Of a DNA stretch of 52,431 bases, positions 35,678-49,714 are shown in pieces. The translations under genes were made by a program, and so were the position numbers. Numbering within the stretch: position 1 is the first letter of the stretch; every line of letters starts with the position of its first letter. The DNA is taken from the NCBI RefSeq assembly GCF_001194135.2, contig NC_068983.1, forward strand, positions 145,710,566-145,762,996, written 5' to 3'. Source of the DNA: Octopus bimaculoides. Taxonomy: Eukaryota. Under the pieces are notes generated by a model. The model was not told the origin of the DNA. It made no database searches and saw only the letters and a program-made list of their open reading frames with translations.

Positions 35678-35703
35678 GTGTAAAAATATGTGACACTTAT
35701 TTT

Positions 35704-36348
35704 NNNNNNNNNNNNNNNNNNNNNNNNNNNNNNNNNNNNNNNNNNNNNNNNNNNNNNNNNNNNNNNNNNNNNNNNNNNNNNNNNNNNNNNNNNNNNNNNN
35801 NNNNNNNNNNNNNNNNNNNNNNNNNNNNNNNNNNNNNNNNNNNNNNNNNNNNNNNNNNNNNNNNNNNNNNNNNNNNNNNNNNNNNNNNNNNNNNNNNNNN
35901 NNNNNNNNNNNNNNNNNNNNNNNNNNNNNNNNNNNNNNNNNNNNNNNNNNNNNNNNNNNNNNNNNNNNNNNNNNNNNNNNNNNNNNNNNNNNNNNNNNNN
36001 NNNNNNNNNNNNNNNNNNNNNNNNNNNNNNNNNNNNNNNNNNNNNNNNNNNNNNNNNNNNNNNNNNNNNNNNNNNNNNNNNNNNNNNNNNNNNNNNNNNN
36101 NNNNNNNNNNNNNNNNNNNNNNNNNNNNNNNNNNNNNNNNNNNNNNNNNNNNNNNNNNNNNNNNNNNNNNNNNNNNNNNNNNNNNNNNNNNNNNNNNNNN
36201 NNNNNNNNNNNNNNNNNNNNNNNNNNNNNNNNNNNNNNNNNNNNNNNNNNNNNNNNNNNNNNNNNNNNNNNNNNNNNNNNNNNNNNNNNNNNNNNNNNNN
36301 NNNNNNNNNNNNNNNNNNNNNNNNNNNNNNNNNNNNNNNNNNNNNNNG
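35704..36348. other. Assembly gap (645 N)
   Basis: N run. Confidence 1.
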
Positions 36349-37794
36349 GGCCATTGCGCCTCCACTATATTTATATACATATATAGTTTATGGCGAGTAT
36401 GCGGGTGAGAATGTGTGAGTTTCAAGCGAGGGGGTGGTTTTCAGTATATATATATATATAGAGAGAGAGGCGAATGTACGGATTGGTGTGCTTACGCGAA
36501 CACTATAGACTTTTTTACTCCCTCCCCTTACTCAGCAGTCTATAGCTCTTTTGTCTTAATAACAGTCAACTACACAGTCATTTCCCTTTGTTTAATGGTC
36601 ATTTTTCACAGGAATTTTCAATGGCCGAATAACTGAAGAGGTGGCAGCATGGGTTTCCATCCTGGCATCCGCAACTCGGAGTTTTATCATAGCTACCGAA
36701 TAAGTGTCACATATTTTTACAGATGAATTCCTCTATTTACATAATATCGAGGTCTCTTTCTTTTTTTTGTTGTCCTTTCTATCTATCTATCTATCTATAT
36801 ATATATATATATATATATGATTGTATATTATGGTGCACACACACACATTTAAAAATAATTTTAAAAAATTTTTCTTTTCTGTTGCTTTGTATAAAAGTCT
36901 TATTTTTCTCTTAATTTTTAAAAAGCAGAAATCACTCAATTCATACAGAAAATGTTAAAAAAAAAACAAAACAAATTCATTACTGTGAATTTTACTTTTA
37001 TTTCAGAAATCTATTTAGCTTGGGGTTTTTATATATTTATAGTAGAATTTTAGAGAATTAACCACTTAATAAGCAAAGGAAGATGTGTTACTTTTCAATG
37101 TTGATAGTGCTGATGAGTAAAGTAGAGGGCCATTGGTGTGGTTTCATTTTATTTTTCACACTTCATTATTATACTTTTGCTAGTTGAGTAAGTTCTATAA
37201 TAACTCTGCTTGTTTGCATTTGGTGTATATATGATGAACTGTGTTAATATGAGGTGAGTTTTAGGAAACTGAGGAATGGTGTAATATGTCCAATTACCAC
37301 TCACACGAAGAAATATATTTACACTCAGCTCACACTTCAACAACGTATGTATCAATTACTTTTATGCATTTATGAACACACACACACACACAAATCCCAG
37401 CTTCTCTGCACACTAGCTCAATATTCTGAAGATTTTATTCAAAACATTGTCTGCACTGTAAATGCTGATTTTATTGCATAGCAGCATGTATATGCGTGAG
37501 CCTCTGTGTGTGTGTGTATGTAAACCCCATCTACACACTATGTTGTTCTGTGGTGGGCCACCTGAATGCCTCATTGCCACTGTCTCTTCATAGCTCCTAC
37601 AGATCATTTCTCACCATCTCTTTCTAAATGTGAGTAGCCGTGCAGCTCGTCAGCAAGAAGCTGCTCTGACCCCCAACCCCTTCTACCTTCTCTCACACTT
37701 TAACCCCTCATCTCCTAGCATAAAGCCGATCCCTCCCTCATTCGGGGGTTTGTGGTCTTGTGAGCTGCATGGCGCCTTCAATAGTGCTGATAAC

Positions 37795-37975
37795 ACGAAA
37801 AATGCACACAGTTCACCTGGTATAGTGGTTGGTATTAGGAAATGCATCAAGCTATAAAAACCGTGCCAAAACCAACATTGGAACACAATACAGTCCTCAG
37901 ACCCATCGGATCCTGTCAAACCGTCCAAACCCTGTCATCATGGAATAGGAACGTTCAATGATGATAATGATGCCG
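37795..37975 (+). mobile_element. RTE-type 3' tail fragment, diverged
   Basis: agtggttggtattaggaaatgcatc...gtcaaaccgtccaaac...catgga...gatgataatgatg. Confidence 0.6.
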
Positions 37976-38014
37976 GAATGGTTGATGCATCGAGAAACAT
38001 GAATTAAAGAATTT

Positions 38015-38125
38015 CTGTTTTTTTTACATCCAGAGTTCAAATCACACCGATGTCAACTTTGCCTTCCATCCTTTGGGATCGATAAAATGAAGTACCAGTC
38101 AAATAATGAAGTCGATTACACCGAT
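38015..38125 (+). mobile_element. SINE family C fragment
   Basis: gagttcaaatcacaccgatgtcaactttgccttccatcctttgggatcgataaaatgaagtaccagtc. Confidence 0.65.
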
Positions 38126-38233
38126 TTACTCCTCTTCTAAATATTGCTGACCTTTTGCCTAAAATACAAGTCATGTATATATGTACCTGTGTGCTTGTCA
38201 TATATATATACATACATACATACATACATATAT

Positions 38234-39105
38234 NNNNNNNNNNNNNNNNNNNNNNNNNNNNNNNNNNNNNNNNNNNNNNNNNNNNNNNNNNNNNNNNNNN
38301 NNNNNNNNNNNNNNNNNNNNNNNNNNNNNNNNNNNNNNNNNNNNNNNNNNNNNNNNNNNNNNNNNNNNNNNNNNNNNNNNNNNNNNNNNNNNNNNNNNNN
38401 NNNNNNNNNNNNNNNNNNNNNNNNNNNNNNNNNNNNNNNNNNNNNNNNNNNNNNNNNNNNNNNNNNNNNNNNNNNNNNNNNNNNNNNNNNNNNNNNNNNN
38501 NNNNNNNNNNNNNNNNNNNNNNNNNNNNNNNNNNNNNNNNNNNNNNNNNNNNNNNNNNNNNNNNNNNNNNNNNNNNNNNNNNNNNNNNNNNNNNNNNNNN
38601 NNNNNNNNNNNNNNNNNNNNNNNNNNNNNNNNNNNNNNNNNNNNNNNNNNNNNNNNNNNNNNNNNNNNNNNNNNNNNNNNNNNNNNNNNNNNNNNNNNNN
38701 NNNNNNNNNNNNNNNNNNNNNNNNNNNNNNNNNNNNNNNNNNNNNNNNNNNNNNNNNNNNNNNNNNNNNNNNNNNNNNNNNNNNNNNNNNNNNNNNNNNN
38801 NNNNNNNNNNNNNNNNNNNNNNNNNNNNNNNNNNNNNNNNNNNNNNNNNNNNNNNNNNNNNNNNNNNNNNNNNNNNNNNNNNNNNNNNNNNNNNNNNNNN
38901 NNNNNNNNNNNNNNNNNNNNNNNNNNNNNNNNNNNNNNNNNNNNNNNNNNNNNNNNNNNNNNNNNNNNNNNNNNNNNNNNNNNNNNNNNNNNNNNNNNNN
39001 NNNNNNNNNNNNNNNNNNNNNNNNNNNNNNNNNNNNNNNNNNNNNNNNNNNNNNNNNNNNNNNNNNNNNNNNNNNNNNNNNNNNNNNNNNNNNNNNNNNN
39101 NNNNN
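38234..39105. other. Assembly gap (872 N)
   Basis: N run. Confidence 1.
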
Positions 39106-39329
39106 GTTTCGGTACCAAAAACACTACATAAAAAATGTTGCCCGTCAAATCACAAGGGTCCAATTTTTTTTATCCGAAGGGTTTTTTAAAACCCAATATT
39201 TACCTGCTATTTATTGCTATATGTGCTTCAAGATCCACTGTTCCAGCAAAGAATTATTCAATCCATCCGTCTTCTCCACCCATTATTCCTGGGAGGGTCG
39301 TAGGGGTAGAGTTCCCAGGCACCGCCACC

Positions 39330-39570
39330 ATGGGTTTCTATCAGAAGTAACCGTCATTAGACTTTCCACCTGGGTTCTCAAACATTACCAGCTGAAGTCA
39401 TGGATGTTATCCACCCATCTTGTTCTTGGTCTATCCTTAGGTCTCCTGCCGGTCGACACAGCTTGAAGAACCCGTCTTGCAATTCTTCCCGAAACATTAT
39501 TGTCGCATACCTGTCGTACTGGATCTTTGACCTCTCAATGCACATAAGTAGAGGCTCGACCGAGAGAGCC
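39330..39570 (-). mobile_element. RTE LINE ORF2 C-terminal remnant
   Basis: Minus strand LMCIERSKIQY... then, after a frameshift, RVLQAVSTGRRPKDRPRTRWVDNI (RTE GRPRxRW motif). Confidence 0.72.
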
Positions 39571-39984
39571 TCCTTGATTTTCGAGCCATGTACCCTGTCG
39601 AGTAACGCTTAGTATCGCTATGCGATACTTTTGGCACTCCGTCGCCTACGACGTCGAGGGTTCCAGTTGATCCGATCAACGGAACAGCCTGCTCGTGAAA
39701 TTAACGTGCAAGTGGTTGAGCATTCCACAGACACGTGTACCCTTAACGTAGTTCTCTAGGATATTCAGCGTGACACAGTGTGACAAGGCTGACCCTTTGA
39801 ATTACAAGCACAACAGAAAAATTTCAGTCGAACGAATTGACTCCAGCACTTATTTTTTGTAAAGCCTGGTACTTATGTTACCAGAGTCTTTTGCCGAACC
39901 GCTAAGTTACGAGTACGTAAACACCAACACCGGCTGTCAAGCGGTGGTTGGGGACACAAACATACACAAAGGATCAATTTCCGA

Positions 39985-40220
39985 NNNNNNNNNNNNNNNN
40001 NNNNNNNNNNNNNNNNNNNNNNNNNNNNNNNNNNNNNNNNNNNNNNNNNNNNNNNNNNNNNNNNNNNNNNNNNNNNNNNNNNNNNNNNNNNNNNNNNNNN
40101 NNNNNNNNNNNNNNNNNNNNNNNNNNNNNNNNNNNNNNNNNNNNNNNNNNNNNNNNNNNNNNNNNNNNNNNNNNNNNNNNNNNNNNNNNNNNNNNNNNNN
40201 NNNNNNNNNNNNNNNNNNNN
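39985..40220. other. Assembly gap (236 N)
   Basis: N run. Confidence 1.
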
Positions 40221-40472
40221 CCCCCACCAGTACTTACGAATTTGGTGCTTATCCTACTGGTCCCTTGCTGGACCCTTAGATTACGGGAACGCAAACCAAC
40301 ACCGATTTCTAAGCGATGTGTGCACTGTTTACCCATACACGCACGATGGGTTTTCTACAGTTTCCCAAATCCACTCACTGTAGCAGACGACACTTTCTCA
40401 AGATGTCGCGCAGCGAGACTGAACCCGAAACCATGCAATTGCAAAGCGAGCATCTTAACCACACAGCCACGG
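40221..40472 (-). mobile_element. SINE family A composite, diverged
   Basis: gagactgaacccgaaaccatgc...cttaaccacacagccacg head with the 3' module upstream. Confidence 0.62.
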
Positions 40473-40799
40473 TCGCTTAATTTTTTTAAAAAAATCATTT
40501 TATATAGTTTTATTGTTTTTACAAATACTGATAAAAGAATGGTTTAAGAATGATCGATATTTGAAAGAAAAAGACAAATTACCTTAAACATTCAGCATTG
40601 TGAAAGAAGAGGAAATGCTGACTCTTGTTGAGTAAGAGCAATCAGGAAGTAAGGACTAAACTGTTCCATAAATATTACAAATTTCTGTTGTTTTTTTTTA
40701 ACTGGGAGACGAGATACAAAGTAAAATATAACAACTTCGGAATACTGTCGTTGACAGCAAATACTCATGGTTTTATTTTTATTTATTTTATTTTATTTA

Positions 40800-41138
40800 T
40801 GTCAGTCATGAAGAATTTTAGTCGAGCGGATCGACCCCTGTGCTTATATTTTAAGGCTGGTATCTATTTCTATAGGTCTCTTTTGCCGAATCGTTAAGTT
40901 ACTGGGGCATAAACACACCAACACCAGTTGCCAAGCGGTGGTGAGGGGGACACACGCACGCATACATACATATATACGATGGGCTTCTTTCAGTTTCCGT
41001 CTACCAAGACCACTCATAAGGCTTTGGTCAGCCCGAGGCAATATTGAAGACACTTGCTCAAGCTGCCACGCAGTGGGACTGAACCTTGAACCATGTGGTT
41101 GGGAAGCTAACTTGTTACCACATTCATGCCTGCGCCTA
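40800..41138 (-). mobile_element. SINE family A composite, near full length
   Basis: Head taggcgcaggcatgaatgtggt (reverse complement), core, short internal microsatellite, 3' module. Confidence 0.8.
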
Positions 41139-43747
41139 TTTATTTAGTTATTTGAAAGAAGATAAACTAGAATCCAAAGAAAATAAACTCGCGAAGGTCT
41201 AGGACAACCCAAAACAGTTAATAAAATCCGTTAAATAAGACTAGATTGACATTGGCGGGATTTGAACTCAAAGCACAGACAACAAATACTGCGGAGTGTT
41301 TTGTCTAATGCGCCAACGCAATCGTCATCGTCGCAGCAGCACTTGCATCGCTAGGGGACTTATCTTTGGTTTTGCTGAAAACAATTTAGCTGTTTTTTGG
41401 AGCATACCACGCATCGTTGAAATTTAGATTGGGGAAAATGTAAAAAGTTTCGATATTTCTCAATAATAGTATTATCATTTCATCTTGGTAAACAATAGAA
41501 AGAGCCAGAGTTACTTCTATCGTATATTATATACATTTGTGATCACGGTCATAACAATTTCGTTAAAAGCAGTTACTGCCCTTGTCATAAGCAAAAACTA
41601 GATCGTATCATGAGAACCTTCTAGCTAAATTGCTCAAACTGCTGATCCGCTTATCTTTATTAGTAACATTTTCTATAAGAACATATGTCAACGGGGGATC
41701 ACTCCAGCTTATATTTCATTAATTCGAGGGTTTTTCTAAGGAGTCGATAATTGCGCTCTTTTAAATAGCACCGAAAACTTATTGAAATAGACATCACATA
41801 TGTGCTTTCTATTACAGAAATTTTAATATTTTATTTTAATGCTTGATCCACGAAACCCGGTATTTTCTCATGCCAACCACATGATTATAATATAGTTAAA
41901 ACTATATCTTGATGGTGAGGATTCCTTTTTAGAAACAAAACATATTTCAGTTTTTTGACATCTGCTGACCTTCCACGATCACAACTATTCTCTCCACTTT
42001 AAACTGGGCGAGTAAACGAAGGGTTTTTCGTGTTCTCTTGATCTGCTAGGAATAAAAACAAAATTCATCCAAACTACGCCCTACCGTAGATAATGTCCTA
42101 ACTATACAAAAAGTACGTAAGTGTCACGACCAGAACATCTTCGATCATAGTCCTGCTCACCTAGGGTTAAACAACATTACAGTTCACACATCCGGGGTGG
42201 TGCAAATGCTGCACAAATATTTCGGTTTAATTAAATTCATATGCTAATGCTTCACTCATCAACATATTCCAACAAAACCATCGTTTCGTTATCTCTGTCC
42301 TTTCTACGATTATAAAAGTTGTTTCTGGTCTCCGCTTTTCACCTCTTCCTGTATTAGGTCACGAAAACTCATAATTAAATGCCTTGCCTAAATCTTTAGC
42401 GCACTCCAAGAATCTTTAACTTAGGCTGTTTGCCTCTGGATATGATCACATCCCAACCGTACAATGTCTCTTTTTAAATCGGATATGATTTAAGGGGAAT
42501 TTAGTTGCTATTTCTTGCAAGTCCAGCGACTTCATAGATGGTCTCTCGTTGACCCCTTCCTCCCAACCCTCTTTTCTTTTTTAACACGCACCTGTCTCTA
42601 TTTCACTTGTCACACGCACCTACATCTATATCACTTTTCAGAGAGTATATTCGGTGCTGCTTTGCTTCGAATTAACGACCTTTTATCGTTAATAAATCTC
42701 GATGGTTCGTTAACATAGTATAGTTCTTTGGAACTTGGATTTTATTTCCTCCATAGCCAGATGGTTCTATGTAATATAGTTACTTAGTGGTCAGCTAAAT
42801 TAAGGCGAGCAGAGTAGTTTCCCTTTGAGAAGGGGCACAACACAACACAACACATTACAACCTTTTAAATCTTTGCTTGAACCGTTATACCAAGTTAGTA
42901 TAGATTTTTAAGGCACAAGACCAGAAACTTTCGGTAATTCTTTTCTTTTATTGGTTTCGATCATCGGGCTGTGGCCATAACTCAGCATCGCTTTCAAGGG
43001 TTTAATTGTATATATCGACCTCCAGGAATTACTGAACTGCTAAACCTGGATCAAACCCAGAACCACATGGTTGCGAAGCGTACTTCTTACACATGCACAC
43101 TGGTACTGGACTTGGTACATTTGACCAGGAAAGAATCGAAGCAAAGACGATCTCATTGGGATTCGAGCCCAGATAAAGACTCGTATCTAAATGCAGCAAC
43201 GCATATGTCCGCTGCTCTACCAAGTGCTAACCCACCACTCCATCCATATTTCAAGCAGTATGTATTCCGAACCACATGTCCTTAACTATTCAAAACACTA
43301 GAATATGATTGCTATTTCTAACAAGTGTCGTGATCATATAGACGAGTGGTTCTCAACCATTTTTTTAATCAATGAACCCTTGTTTGCCATTTTATTGTAG
43401 TGGGCTCGCATAACCATTCGGTGTCTAAAAACTAATTTTATAGATAATTCTTTAAAAATTCCTATTTTTTTTTCATATATTCACTTGTATAGGTTGAACT
43501 ATGTAAAATGTTAGAGAAAGAAACCTAACCGTTTCTTGCAATAAATACATCTATAGCCCTTAAAATAATATTGTCGGCCCAATTTACTGTTTTGCTAGCG
43601 TAGAACTCACAAAATCTTATATGGACCCCGGCTGAGAACTTCTGGCATTGACGCTTCCTTGACTCGTTAAGTGCTACAGCTATACAACAGTCGATCCTAT
43701 TAGCTCCATCGTTGTGTGTACCGATGAAGCTTTCTCTCAACTTCACT

Positions 43748-43846
43748 ATTCTCTAAGATTCGGTTTTTTCGCCCACACTCTTCCTCCTATTCGTCAATAA
43801 CTTACTTGCTGTCACCCACAACATTCACTCTTATGCAGATGATATC
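43748..43846 (+). mobile_element. CR1/L2/Jockey-type LINE RT fragment
   Basis: IL*DSVFSPTLFLLFVNNLLAVTHNIHSYADDI (YADD motif). Confidence 0.7.
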
Positions 43847-44967
43847 TTAACTCCCCTAAGCTTTCACATCCTGGTGTCACCCAGATGCAACTTATATAGC
43901 TCATTTCAAATCTGCACTGGCTCCATGAAGTATTCCTCGATAGGGTCACACCAGTGTTGTCTTCTTCAGCAACATGCATCGTTACCACTACACATGAAGA
44001 AAAAAATGTCATACTCTCCACTAAAAATGATCAAGTTTATATAATACTTGTATGTAACCAGTTCCTATATACAAGTATTGCTTCGTTAAATTCCCTTTGA
44101 GAATTATTCGGTCTTAGGAGACACATGACATGTGATCTTCTTCTAGCGCATCACCAGTCCACCTACTGGCCTCCTGTATATATACTCGTATATATCTTTA
44201 TATAAATATATACGCAGTAGTGTAACTGGTGGTGGGGCGGTCCACTCTGGGCGACGGTTTTAGTGGGGCAGTACTTTTGTGTCTGTTATGTAAACCAGTT
44301 TAGAAGTAAGTGTTCATTTATATATCAATACAGTTATGTATGTGTGTACGTACTCTGCGCAACAGAGACTGGTTATCATAATGAAAACAGAAAATGCTTT
44401 CAGTAACTACTAACTACTCAAAAGTTCGGGTGGAGTCCACAAAAAAGTACTTTTACATCTAGGTCGGTAGTGCTGCTGCTGCACACAGACATCTAGACTA
44501 TGTTAAAAAAAGAATACGCGACTGACTGGCATGAAGTCACTCGCCATCACACTCCAACTTCTGGTTCGTAGATACACTAATTCATCACTCTACATTTTCT
44601 ACTTCTGTTATCGTGGCCATGCTTTCCACAGTTGGCTAAACTCGTGCCCTGTTCACCCAGGGTCTCCCCGAGTAGTCTCCCTTTTCTTGAATGATATATT
44701 GTATGCAAGCTTGATCCCGCACTAAACACTACACCCATTCCTTCATCCTAAAGAATTGGTCGATTAGAATTCGATTCATATCCATTTTACTTTTGCGTTT
44801 GCTGTCAACTTGCAGCTGTTTACAAAGGAACGTTAGCTTTGCCAATCTTGTTTTCAGAAGGATGTGGAGCTTATCGGCACAAACCCTACCTTTGGAGTGA
44901 AACTACAAACAAAAATCGTTTAAACAAATGTCTGGCTTTATATAAAAATTTATTTTTCATTACATAT

Positions 44968-45127
44968 AGGTGAAGGCATAGGCATGACTGTGGTAAGAAG
45001 TTTACTCTCCAACCACATATGCGTGGCATCTTGAGAAAGTGTTTTCTACTATAGCCGACCAAAGCCTTGTGACTGGGTTTAGTAGATGGAAACTGAAAGA
45101 AGCTCGTCGTACACACACACACACACA
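44968..45127 (+). mobile_element. SINE family A
   Basis: ggcatgactgtggtaagaag...gcgtggcatcttg...ggaaactgaaagaagctcgtcgt then (AC)n running into a gap. Confidence 0.75.
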
Positions 45128-46087
45128 NNNNNNNNNNNNNNNNNNNNNNNNNNNNNNNNNNNNNNNNNNNNNNNNNNNNNNNNNNNNNNNNNNNNNNNNN
45201 NNNNNNNNNNNNNNNNNNNNNNNNNNNNNNNNNNNNNNNNNNNNNNNNNNNNNNNNNNNNNNNNNNNNNNNNNNNNNNNNNNNNNNNNNNNNNNNNNNNN
45301 NNNNNNNNNNNNNNNNNNNNNNNNNNNNNNNNNNNNNNNNNNNNNNNNNNNNNNNNNNNNNNNNNNNNNNNNNNNNNNNNNNNNNNNNNNNNNNNNNNNN
45401 NNNNNNNNNNNNNNNNNNNNNNNNNNNNNNNNNNNNNNNNNNNNNNNNNNNNNNNNNNNNNNNNNNNNNNNNNNNNNNNNNNNNNNNNNNNNNNNNNNNN
45501 NNNNNNNNNNNNNNNNNNNNNNNNNNNNNNNNNNNNNNNNNNNNNNNNNNNNNNNNNNNNNNNNNNNNNNNNNNNNNNNNNNNNNNNNNNNNNNNNNNNN
45601 NNNNNNNNNNNNNNNNNNNNNNNNNNNNNNNNNNNNNNNNNNNNNNNNNNNNNNNNNNNNNNNNNNNNNNNNNNNNNNNNNNNNNNNNNNNNNNNNNNNN
45701 NNNNNNNNNNNNNNNNNNNNNNNNNNNNNNNNNNNNNNNNNNNNNNNNNNNNNNNNNNNNNNNNNNNNNNNNNNNNNNNNNNNNNNNNNNNNNNNNNNNN
45801 NNNNNNNNNNNNNNNNNNNNNNNNNNNNNNNNNNNNNNNNNNNNNNNNNNNNNNNNNNNNNNNNNNNNNNNNNNNNNNNNNNNNNNNNNNNNNNNNNNNN
45901 NNNNNNNNNNNNNNNNNNNNNNNNNNNNNNNNNNNNNNNNNNNNNNNNNNNNNNNNNNNNNNNNNNNNNNNNNNNNNNNNNNNNNNNNNNNNNNNNNNNN
46001 NNNNNNNNNNNNNNNNNNNNNNNNNNNNNNNNNNNNNNNNNNNNNNNNNNNNNNNNNNNNNNNNNNNNNNNNNNNNNNNNNNNNNNN
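45128..46087. other. Assembly gap (960 N)
   Basis: N run. Confidence 1.
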
Positions 46088-47388
46088 CCCCCCCCATTGG
46101 ACTCGACAAAGGAAATAATATAATTTGAACTGATCACCAGCCAAGATCTAACTTTATAACGCATTCTGTTTTTATGAATGTATTTTCAGAAATAATCTTG
46201 AAAGAACCTGTCTAATTGTCCCCACCACAGTTGATTGTACTAATTAATCTCCCTTAACTGTGCTGTTTCCTCACATTACTCTCATACTTGTCCCCTTCAA
46301 TACATTAAGAATTATAGTTGTTATGGTAGTGTATTTCAAACAAAAAAAATCTGCAAATGATTAACAAGGAAGGCTATGTGGTCACTTTAACTGCTAGAAA
46401 TAGTTGCCAGATCTTCAACAATGCTTACAAAGGACACATTAGATAATATAGTCTGGTGCACACATTATCTGAAAAAAAAAAGATGGGATGGTCACGGCTA
46501 GAATTCTTTTGAACATATGTCTACGCAATCATTCCAAACTCGGGAGTAAACTATAACATCAAACATTTCCTACAATTTCCGAATTTTACTTGTCTAGCAT
46601 TCTTATGTGTTGCGTTTTCAGGCTTTTGAGAATGAGGAAAGTTGATGAGTTCCAAGTTCTCTTGTGACTCAATATATGTCGAAGTTGACTCTGTTAACCT
46701 TCGCCTCTTTCATAGGCACTCACATAAGCAATGCGGGTGTATGCTCGGAGTTGTACTTCTCTTGGTCAAGCTGCTTTCCAAAGCTGCCGAGCCTAGACTG
46801 CCAGTTATATCGCCGGTCTGGCTGTGGACACATTAGTGTCATCTCTTAGAAATATACTTTAACAAAAACTAAACGATGTGTTATTCCCAGTGACATTAAG
46901 TACCTCGGAGACTAACTCGGGATTTCTAACTCACCATACCGATGATAGGTAGTCGTTGGCTTTATGTCAGGTTTCTCCCTCATTTTAACAAGTACCGTTT
47001 TTGCTCTGCTGGGTTTCTAGCAATGCTCTTAAGCAAGCAAACCTAGTGCCGTTAGTTGCCGACGACCCAACTACATAATAGGCTGTATCTGACTATATAT
47101 TACCAACGGCATTTGTGAGGAACCTGACAAATGCCCTAGATGTATGTAGCATATGTAGTCCTAATTATCCCTAAAAAGGGGAATGATCATGGTTGGAAAG
47201 CTGATGGTAATGAGTCTGCTCTCGATTAGGGCTGATTTGAAGCTAAATAACTACACCAACAACAGTGCCAACACAAACACCACCAACAACAGTATTGAGC
47301 ATCACCAACAAGAACAACAACACCAAAAATAAATCCAACAAAAATAACACTAACAACATCACCCCATTCAGCTGGCTGTCAATAGATT

Positions 47389-48780
47389 ATCATCATCATC
47401 AACATCCGGTTGTGCTTATTGCTCGGATTGCCGTGACTTGTTTTGTCCAGTCTGTCCGCCATTGCACATGATAGGTCTCCTCATGTGTGCTCGGAGTTCT
47501 CGCATAGCTGCTTTATGTAGATTCAATATGGTCGACCAATATTTGCGTACCTATGCTTCGATTCCCAGAGAAGAACGGCGCTGATGATCTCATCCTTTTC
47601 TCTCCAGTAATGTCCAGCGAACCTTGATCTTCTTTCTCCGATGACGTGATATTGGTGGTAAATTACCATAGAAAAGTTCTTTCGTAGGGTGTTGTCTCCA
47701 GATGTCATGAGCAGCTCAAAGCATTCTTGTATAAGTCCCGTCAATTTTCTTTTCAAGACATTTTGTTAGCGTTCATGTTGTACATCCATATAACAGAACT
47801 GAAAGAAATTACGTTTCAAATTTAATGGAAGCTTAGATTTCCAGACCATTGATAATCTATTTAAAGTTGCCCAGACGTTGCCAATTCGGACATGAACATC
47901 GCTTGTGGACAGATCTTCCTTTGCCATTTTACTTGTAAGGTATGTGAATTCAACATATTTCAAGGATTTTCCAGATGTGGTTGTACATCATATATTCTGC
48001 CTTGACGTAGAAACAAACACCTTTAGCAGGACTTTCAAGGCTGTACAAAAAGAGACTCTGCATCACAAACTTCATCAGCTAGTAGCGTCATATTTAGAAA
48101 ATGTCTGCTTTTGGCTGATTGACGAGTGAACCCTTTGTTTTTCATCTCATCTACAGACGTGCATAGAATATAATCTAGACATATAATGAATAGGTAGGGT
48201 ACCAAGGTGTCTCCTTGGAGGACACCAGCCACTATGTCTGGAGAAAGAACTATAGATTGAGTATTTTTATACAACATTATGATGGCATTGACAGTTTTCT
48301 TTGGGATACCGTATGCAAGAAGTATTTCTTCCATCTTCCCTTTGTGTATCGAGCCAAAGGCCCCAGAAAAATCAATAATAGGACTGATTTCAGGTTCCTC
48401 CCACGAACTTCTTCAATAACTCCTTGGACTGTAAGAATCTGGACGAATGTTGGTCTATTTCATCAAAAGCCATTCTGGTTCTCCCTCATGACTTTTTCAA
48501 TCTCCGATCGGATAGGATTGAGTAGCATGGCATTGTAAACTTTGGCAGCTATGGCATTGAGGATAATTCCTCTAGGTTTTTGCTGACACCGAGATCTCCC
48601 TTCTTTGGAAACGGGAGGATGCAGCTTATACTCCATTTCTCTATACGCTTTTGATGGTACATAGCGTTTTTATATGTTTATATGCGTGCTCCAATTGATC
48701 TCAAGTGTTATACTGGCGTGAGTACATCTCTTGGTATACCAGACAGGTCGAGGGTCAGGGTCCAGATCAAAATAATCACT
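47389..48780 (-). mobile_element. Decayed RTE LINE reverse transcriptase region with (GAT)n tail
   Basis: ILPFPKKGDL, AKVYNAMLLN, ENQNGF, GVLQGDTLVPYLFIICLDY, RRSRFAGHYWR...LLWE across broken ORFs; left boundary approximate. Confidence 0.88.
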
Positions 48781-49714
48781 CTAGAGGAGTAAAACTTCAC
48801 TGATGAAAAACGCCCGAGCCAGGGTCACGGTGAAACCATGGGAAGCAGTGTGATGGATTTGTTAATTTCAGCGGACGAGCTGTTATCTGCCAACGGTGAA
48901 ACACACAAGGAGCCGGGCGGAAGAACTTGCAATGTCAACGGCAAGGGTCACAGTCCAGTAAGACAACTATTGCAACATCTATAGGTGGGATGTCCGTAGA
49001 TGGAATGTTCAGCTAAAGAATGATAAGCATGACCCTTTCTCATATTAGACATAAATGGCTACGATATGTAGAATTGTATAAATATTCTAGTCGTACATAG
49101 ATTCCAAAGGTTATTAGTCATATATAGGTATCATAACTGTATAAGTACAATGTTATAGAATGTAATAACAGACTGGATTCTGATTGAGCGCAAAAGAAAC
49201 AGAAGCTGATGACGAACAAACTGGCAAATTGGAGATCGAGCAGCTAAAGCCTAAAATTAGTTAGAGATAAAAGAAAAGAGCTTTACTCAGCAATGGGAGA
49301 ATAATTACTGATTTGAGTGGTTGGCTTTGCTCTTATGCCACATGAATGGATGAAGGTTCACTTCTTATATTTATTTTGAATGGTTTGACACTTAGCACCA
49401 AGTTTTGTACTGGTTACAAAATATCATCCGAAATCCCTAGTAAGGCATCCTAGAGATTTCGGTATTCATCGGCTCCTTCAACAAAGTTCTGAATTTAGAT
49501 ATTTTGCCATTGATTATAGGTCGAAGATGGTAGGGGGGAAGAACGAATTTGTCATGGCCTTATAAGTCGTTGTCACATTAGCGTGTTGTATATTTGAGGT
49601 TTTGTTTACAGCAACATGGGCTGTGTTGATTTAAACAATTTTAACGATTCAGAACCGTTTCCACGTTGTAATCCCGTTAAGTCTGTTTATTAGCGCTTAA
49701 GTCTAGTTCCAGGT

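Noticed and set aside
35600-35703. ~37-bp duplication next to gap 3
   Set aside because: Abuts a gap inside (TA)n; cannot separate a real minisatellite from an assembly duplication
43344-43505. Possible second hAT MITE (gagtggttctcaacc...ggttgaac)
   Set aside because: The right TIR is degraded and no TSD is recognisable
26297-46164. Long ORFs containing X runs
   Set aside because: Artefacts of N gaps lacking stop codons
48795-48846. CTGATGA...GAAACCATGG resembling a third hammerhead
   Set aside because: No stem II, and the UH cleavage site is missing unless a deletion is assumed; likely chance
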